From a virus (taxonomy: Duplodnaviria; Caudoviricetes), in the IMG/VR virus record IMGVR_UViG_3300004481_000017, positions 3,924-67,923 of that record: a DNA stretch of 64,000 nucleotides; one strand, written 5' to 3'. The notes under the pieces are model-generated. The model saw only the letters and a program-made list of their open reading frames with translations. It was not told where the DNA came from and did not search any database. Positions within the stretch are counted from its first letter, which is position 1. Every line of letters begins with the position of its first letter. Shown here piece after piece: positions 61,714 through 64,000 of this stretch. The translations under genes were made by a program, and so were the position numbers.

Positions 61714-62009
61714 GGGAGCTTCACTGCCCGGGTCACAAGCCACCAAAAGCGGTCTACCCACTTTCCAGGCGGTCCGGGCCAGTCCCGCATTAGCAGTAGC
61801 TCCTCGCCGTCCTCGATGGGGCGCGTCCCGATGCAATTCGGCTCAGGCAGCCCCATGATGATGGCCCGAGCCTCGAACACGCTTGAGCACGCAAAACCCT
61901 CGCGGAGCAGGTCTCTGGCCTCCACCGCGTCGAGCCGACGGATGTGGAGCGGGTACACCTCGGGCGGGCACCAGTTGTCGATCTCATGGAAGTAGCCGGC
62001 GATTTTCAC
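61710..62009 (-). CDS. Hypothetical protein
   Basis: GTG after GCAGGT; ATGA overlap. Confidence 0.6.
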   Translation of the reverse strand: MKIAGYFHEIDNWCPPEVYPLHIRRLDAVEARDLLREGFACSSVFEARAIIMGLPEPNCIGTRPIEDGEELLLMRDWPGPPGKWVDRFWWLVTRAVKLP

Positions 62010-62359
62010 TTGGCCACCTGCACGAGCAGCCAGAAATAGCGGTTGACCTCCTGGCTCGTGCCGGCGTCCTCTATCCAGTGGTGCGCAAGCAGCAGCTCGT
62101 CGCCCGGCTTCAACCCGAACGCGTTTTCGTCGATCGGCCCCTCGATGATCGTCGCCGCATACTCCGGCCCACAGAACCGCTTCACAGCGATGTCGAACGC
62201 CCCACTTCCATAGGCTGTCCACAAAACGCCGTACGGCTCGTGTAGCCATCCCGACGCTTCCACGTGCGACAGCTCCCTAACCGACACATCGACATCCGCA
62301 CTCGCCGACACGAGGCGCCACCACTTGAACCTATCGAGCCTGTCCAAGAACCTTCCCAT
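62006..62359 (-). CDS. Hypothetical protein, probably leaderless
   Basis: No SD; ATG 7 nt after a -10-like hexamer. Confidence 0.65.
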   Translation of the reverse strand: MGRFLDRLDRFKWWRLVSASADVDVSVRELSHVEASGWLHEPYGVLWTAYGSGAFDIAVKRFCGPEYAATIIEGPIDENAFGLKPGDELLLAHHWIEDAGTSQEVNRYFWLLVQVAK

Positions 62360-62425
62360 GGACCGATTCGTAGCACGGCCGTTCCGCGCGGCGCAACACC
62401 TATTTCACGAAAAAACGAAACGGTG
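62360..62425 (-). promoter_or_regulatory. Putative promoter B (A/T tract, TTGCGC, N18, TGn-TACGAA)
   Basis: 23/26 identity with 46589-46614; intergenic. Confidence 0.6.
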
Positions 62426-62448
62426 TTTTCTTGCCAGGCTTGCCGGCC

Positions 62449-63999
62449 CTACACGGCCTTGCGGATCCAGTCGAGGTACTGGTCCATCGGGAAGCCCTTG
62501 CCCGGATCGACGTGCGTGCCGCCCATCGCGAGCGTGACCGCGTGATGCGTCGTCACGCCCCGAAACTCGTCGGGCAGCGGTCGGTTCTTGTCGAGGTACT
62601 CGCGCTTGGCTTCCTTCAGCATGTCGGCCGTGATGTGCTGCACGGGCAGGTTCCAACGAGGCACGGTGACCTTCGCGGCGACCTTCGCGCTGATCCAAAG
62701 CATGTTGGCGCTGTAGTCGTCGAGCCATTCCTCGCGCGTCTGCCGGGCCCAGCCTGCGTGCTCGTAGCCCACGCCGAAGCGGTTGGCGGCCTTCGCGTGC
62801 CAGGCGATGTGCTCCTCGGGCACGCAGATGACGGCGCTGTCGCAGTCGAACGCCCAGTGCCAGCTCGCCTTCGGCGCGGGGCCTCGTCGGCCGGCGCCCC
62901 ACGCAGCGACCGACTCCGCCGTGCTCGGCTTCTCGGCGGCTTCCATCGAATGGATCACGATCCAGTGCACGAGCGATCGGTTCGCGATCGTGTAGTTCGC
63001 AGCCAAGATCGTCTCGGCCTGGTCGACCTCGAAATCGCCGAGCAGGAGCCCCGGGCCGACGACGACGGTGTTCGGCAGGATCTCGTTCATCGCGGCCTTG
63101 CGCGTCAACGGTCCGACGACGCCGTCCGCCTTCAGCCCGTGAGCTGCCTGCCACGACTTGGTCGCCGTCTCGGTCTTGAACCCGAAGACGCCGTCCGGCT
63201 TGGCGCCCACGACCGTCTGCCACGCGGCGACGTCCTCGCCGATGGAGCCAACGCGCAGCGTTCGGTCGAACACGGGTTTGCCCGACGGCGTCGTAACAGG
63301 CGTGTCCTCGCTCGTTGGTTCGTGATCTCCAGGGGCCGACACGCCGGGGTGACGCATCGCCCAGAGCACCCCCTCGGCCGAGACGAGCGCCGAGAGCACG
63401 GGGTCTTTCGCCACGTCCTCGATGTCCATGAAGACGCCGTCGATCCACACCTCCCGCTTCCAGAGCACGACGACCTGGATGTAGTCGTGGTGTTTGTCGT
63501 TGTGCTTGAGCCCCGGCTCGGGCTGCCAGAGCCGTCCGCCCTCTTTCGTCGCCGCCTGGCTCGGCGCCTTCGGATCGTAGAGGCCGTAGTTCGAGCTGAG
63601 CGCGGGCTTGCCGCGAAGCTTGTTCGTGCAGCGCCAGTTCTTGCCGACGGGCTCCGAGATCCCTTTGCGGCCGGCAATGGCTTTCTCGACGTCGTCGTGG
63701 TGGCGGATGACGGCGCCGTTGTCCTTCATGTTCGGGCTGTAGCCCCGGGTCGCCCGCTCGGCCGGATCGGCGGGCTGCGTACAGGGCGGCAGCTTGTTCG
63801 CGGCAGCCGCCCAACGCAGATCGCTCATCTTCGCCGTCGGCAGTACGAAGCCGAGCTTGTCGGCGATGCGCTGGGCCGTTGGGTGCGTGCAGGTGATGCG
63901 GACGGGGTCCTCGGTCCCGATCATGAACGCATCGGTCGCCACCTTGAGGATCGCCGCCCGACCGCCGACGCGGGAGTAGACGTCCGCCCACTCGATGGG
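62449..63999 (-). CDS. Modular endolysin (5' partial): unknown domain, PG-binding domain, Amidase_2
   Basis: Frame open to the window edge; LRVGS.GEDV..WQ..V...DG.FG..T...WQ...GL.ADG.VG..T; IVIHSMEA, ASWH, AWHA, THH, HVDPG. Confidence 0.9.
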   Translation of the reverse strand, partial: PIEWADVYSRVGGRAAILKVATDAFMIGTEDPVRITCTHPTAQRIADKLGFVLPTAKMSDLRWAAAANKLPPCTQPADPAERATRGYSPNMKDNGAVIRHHDDVEKAIAGRKGISEPVGKNWRCTNKLRGKPALSSNYGLYDPKAPSQAATKEGGRLWQPEPGLKHNDKHHDYIQVVVLWKREVWIDGVFMDIEDVAKDPVLSALVSAEGVLWAMRHPGVSAPGDHEPTSEDTPVTTPSGKPVFDRTLRVGSIGEDVAAWQTVVGAKPDGVFGFKTETATKSWQAAHGLKADGVVGPLTRKAAMNEILPNTVVVGPGLLLGDFEVDQAETILAANYTIANRSLVHWIVIHSMEAAEKPSTAESVAAWGAGRRGPAPKASWHWAFDCDSAVICVPEEHIAWHAKAANRFGVGYEHAGWARQTREEWLDDYSANMLWISAKVAAKVTVPRWNLPVQHITADMLKEAKREYLDKNRPLPDEFRGVTTHHAVTLAMGGTHVDPGKGFPMDQYLDWIRKAV

Positions 64000-64000
64000 C

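Noticed and set aside
62405-63991. 528-aa minus-strand ORF
   Set aside because: Alternate frame of the endolysin; Arg-rich with no motifs.
1-64000. CRISPR array or Cas genes
   Set aside because: No regularly spaced repeat-spacer units. The 20-bp motif copies are mostly kilobases apart, and the RuvC-like gene is a small stand-alone resolvase fold, not a Cas or TnpB.
1-64000. Stop-codon reassignment
   Set aside because: Genes end cleanly at TAG and TGA, with tight ATGA/GTGA coupling and complete domains in the standard code.

Overview
This 64 kb window looks like a gene-dense, high-GC segment of a large dsDNA bacterial virus or provirus. It has no host housekeeping genes, and many genes overlap at ATGA/GTGA junctions. 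Cys-rich lipoproteins and high GC (judged by eye, not computed) suggest a myxobacterial-type host; this is inference. No capsid, portal or terminase gene is visible. Layout: (1) 1-10.7 kb (+): Gly/Thr-rich fibre/spike-like structural genes, then a papain-like C1 protease, a Cys-rich lipoprotein and a patatin. (2) 10.7-21.1 kb (+): membrane proteins and enzymes (zincin, apparently circularly permuted ADP-ribosyltransferase-like protein, RadC/JAB, tail-anchored alpha/beta hydrolase), ending in a 1187-aa tyrosine recombinase with a ~690-aa unknown extension. (3) 21.1-22.3 kb (-): holin and peptidoglycan peptidase; then 22.4-24.3 kb (+): XRE HTH and SNF2 helicase. (4) 24.2-41.6 kb (-): many small genes, including a second SNF2, a truncated ComM lacking its trans-acting arginines, and an AAA+/DUF1257-like/DUF2997-like/DUF3150-like module whose ATPase has Walker B before Walker A; a 20-bp motif recurs at gene junctions here. 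(5) 41.6-42.3 kb: non-coding gap with a tRNA-like element, four GNRA hairpins and nested inverted repeats. (6) 42.3-44.0 kb (+): ParB/Srx-zincin fusion and a protein kinase. (7) 44.1-64 kb (-): Tad2-like anti-defence gene, three ParB-like genes, HD hydrolase, a RuvC lacking key acidic residues, and a partial modular endolysin. All family names come from motif recognition by eye, not from database searches. Start codons were adjusted where an SD or overlap indicated a better start than the ORF track.
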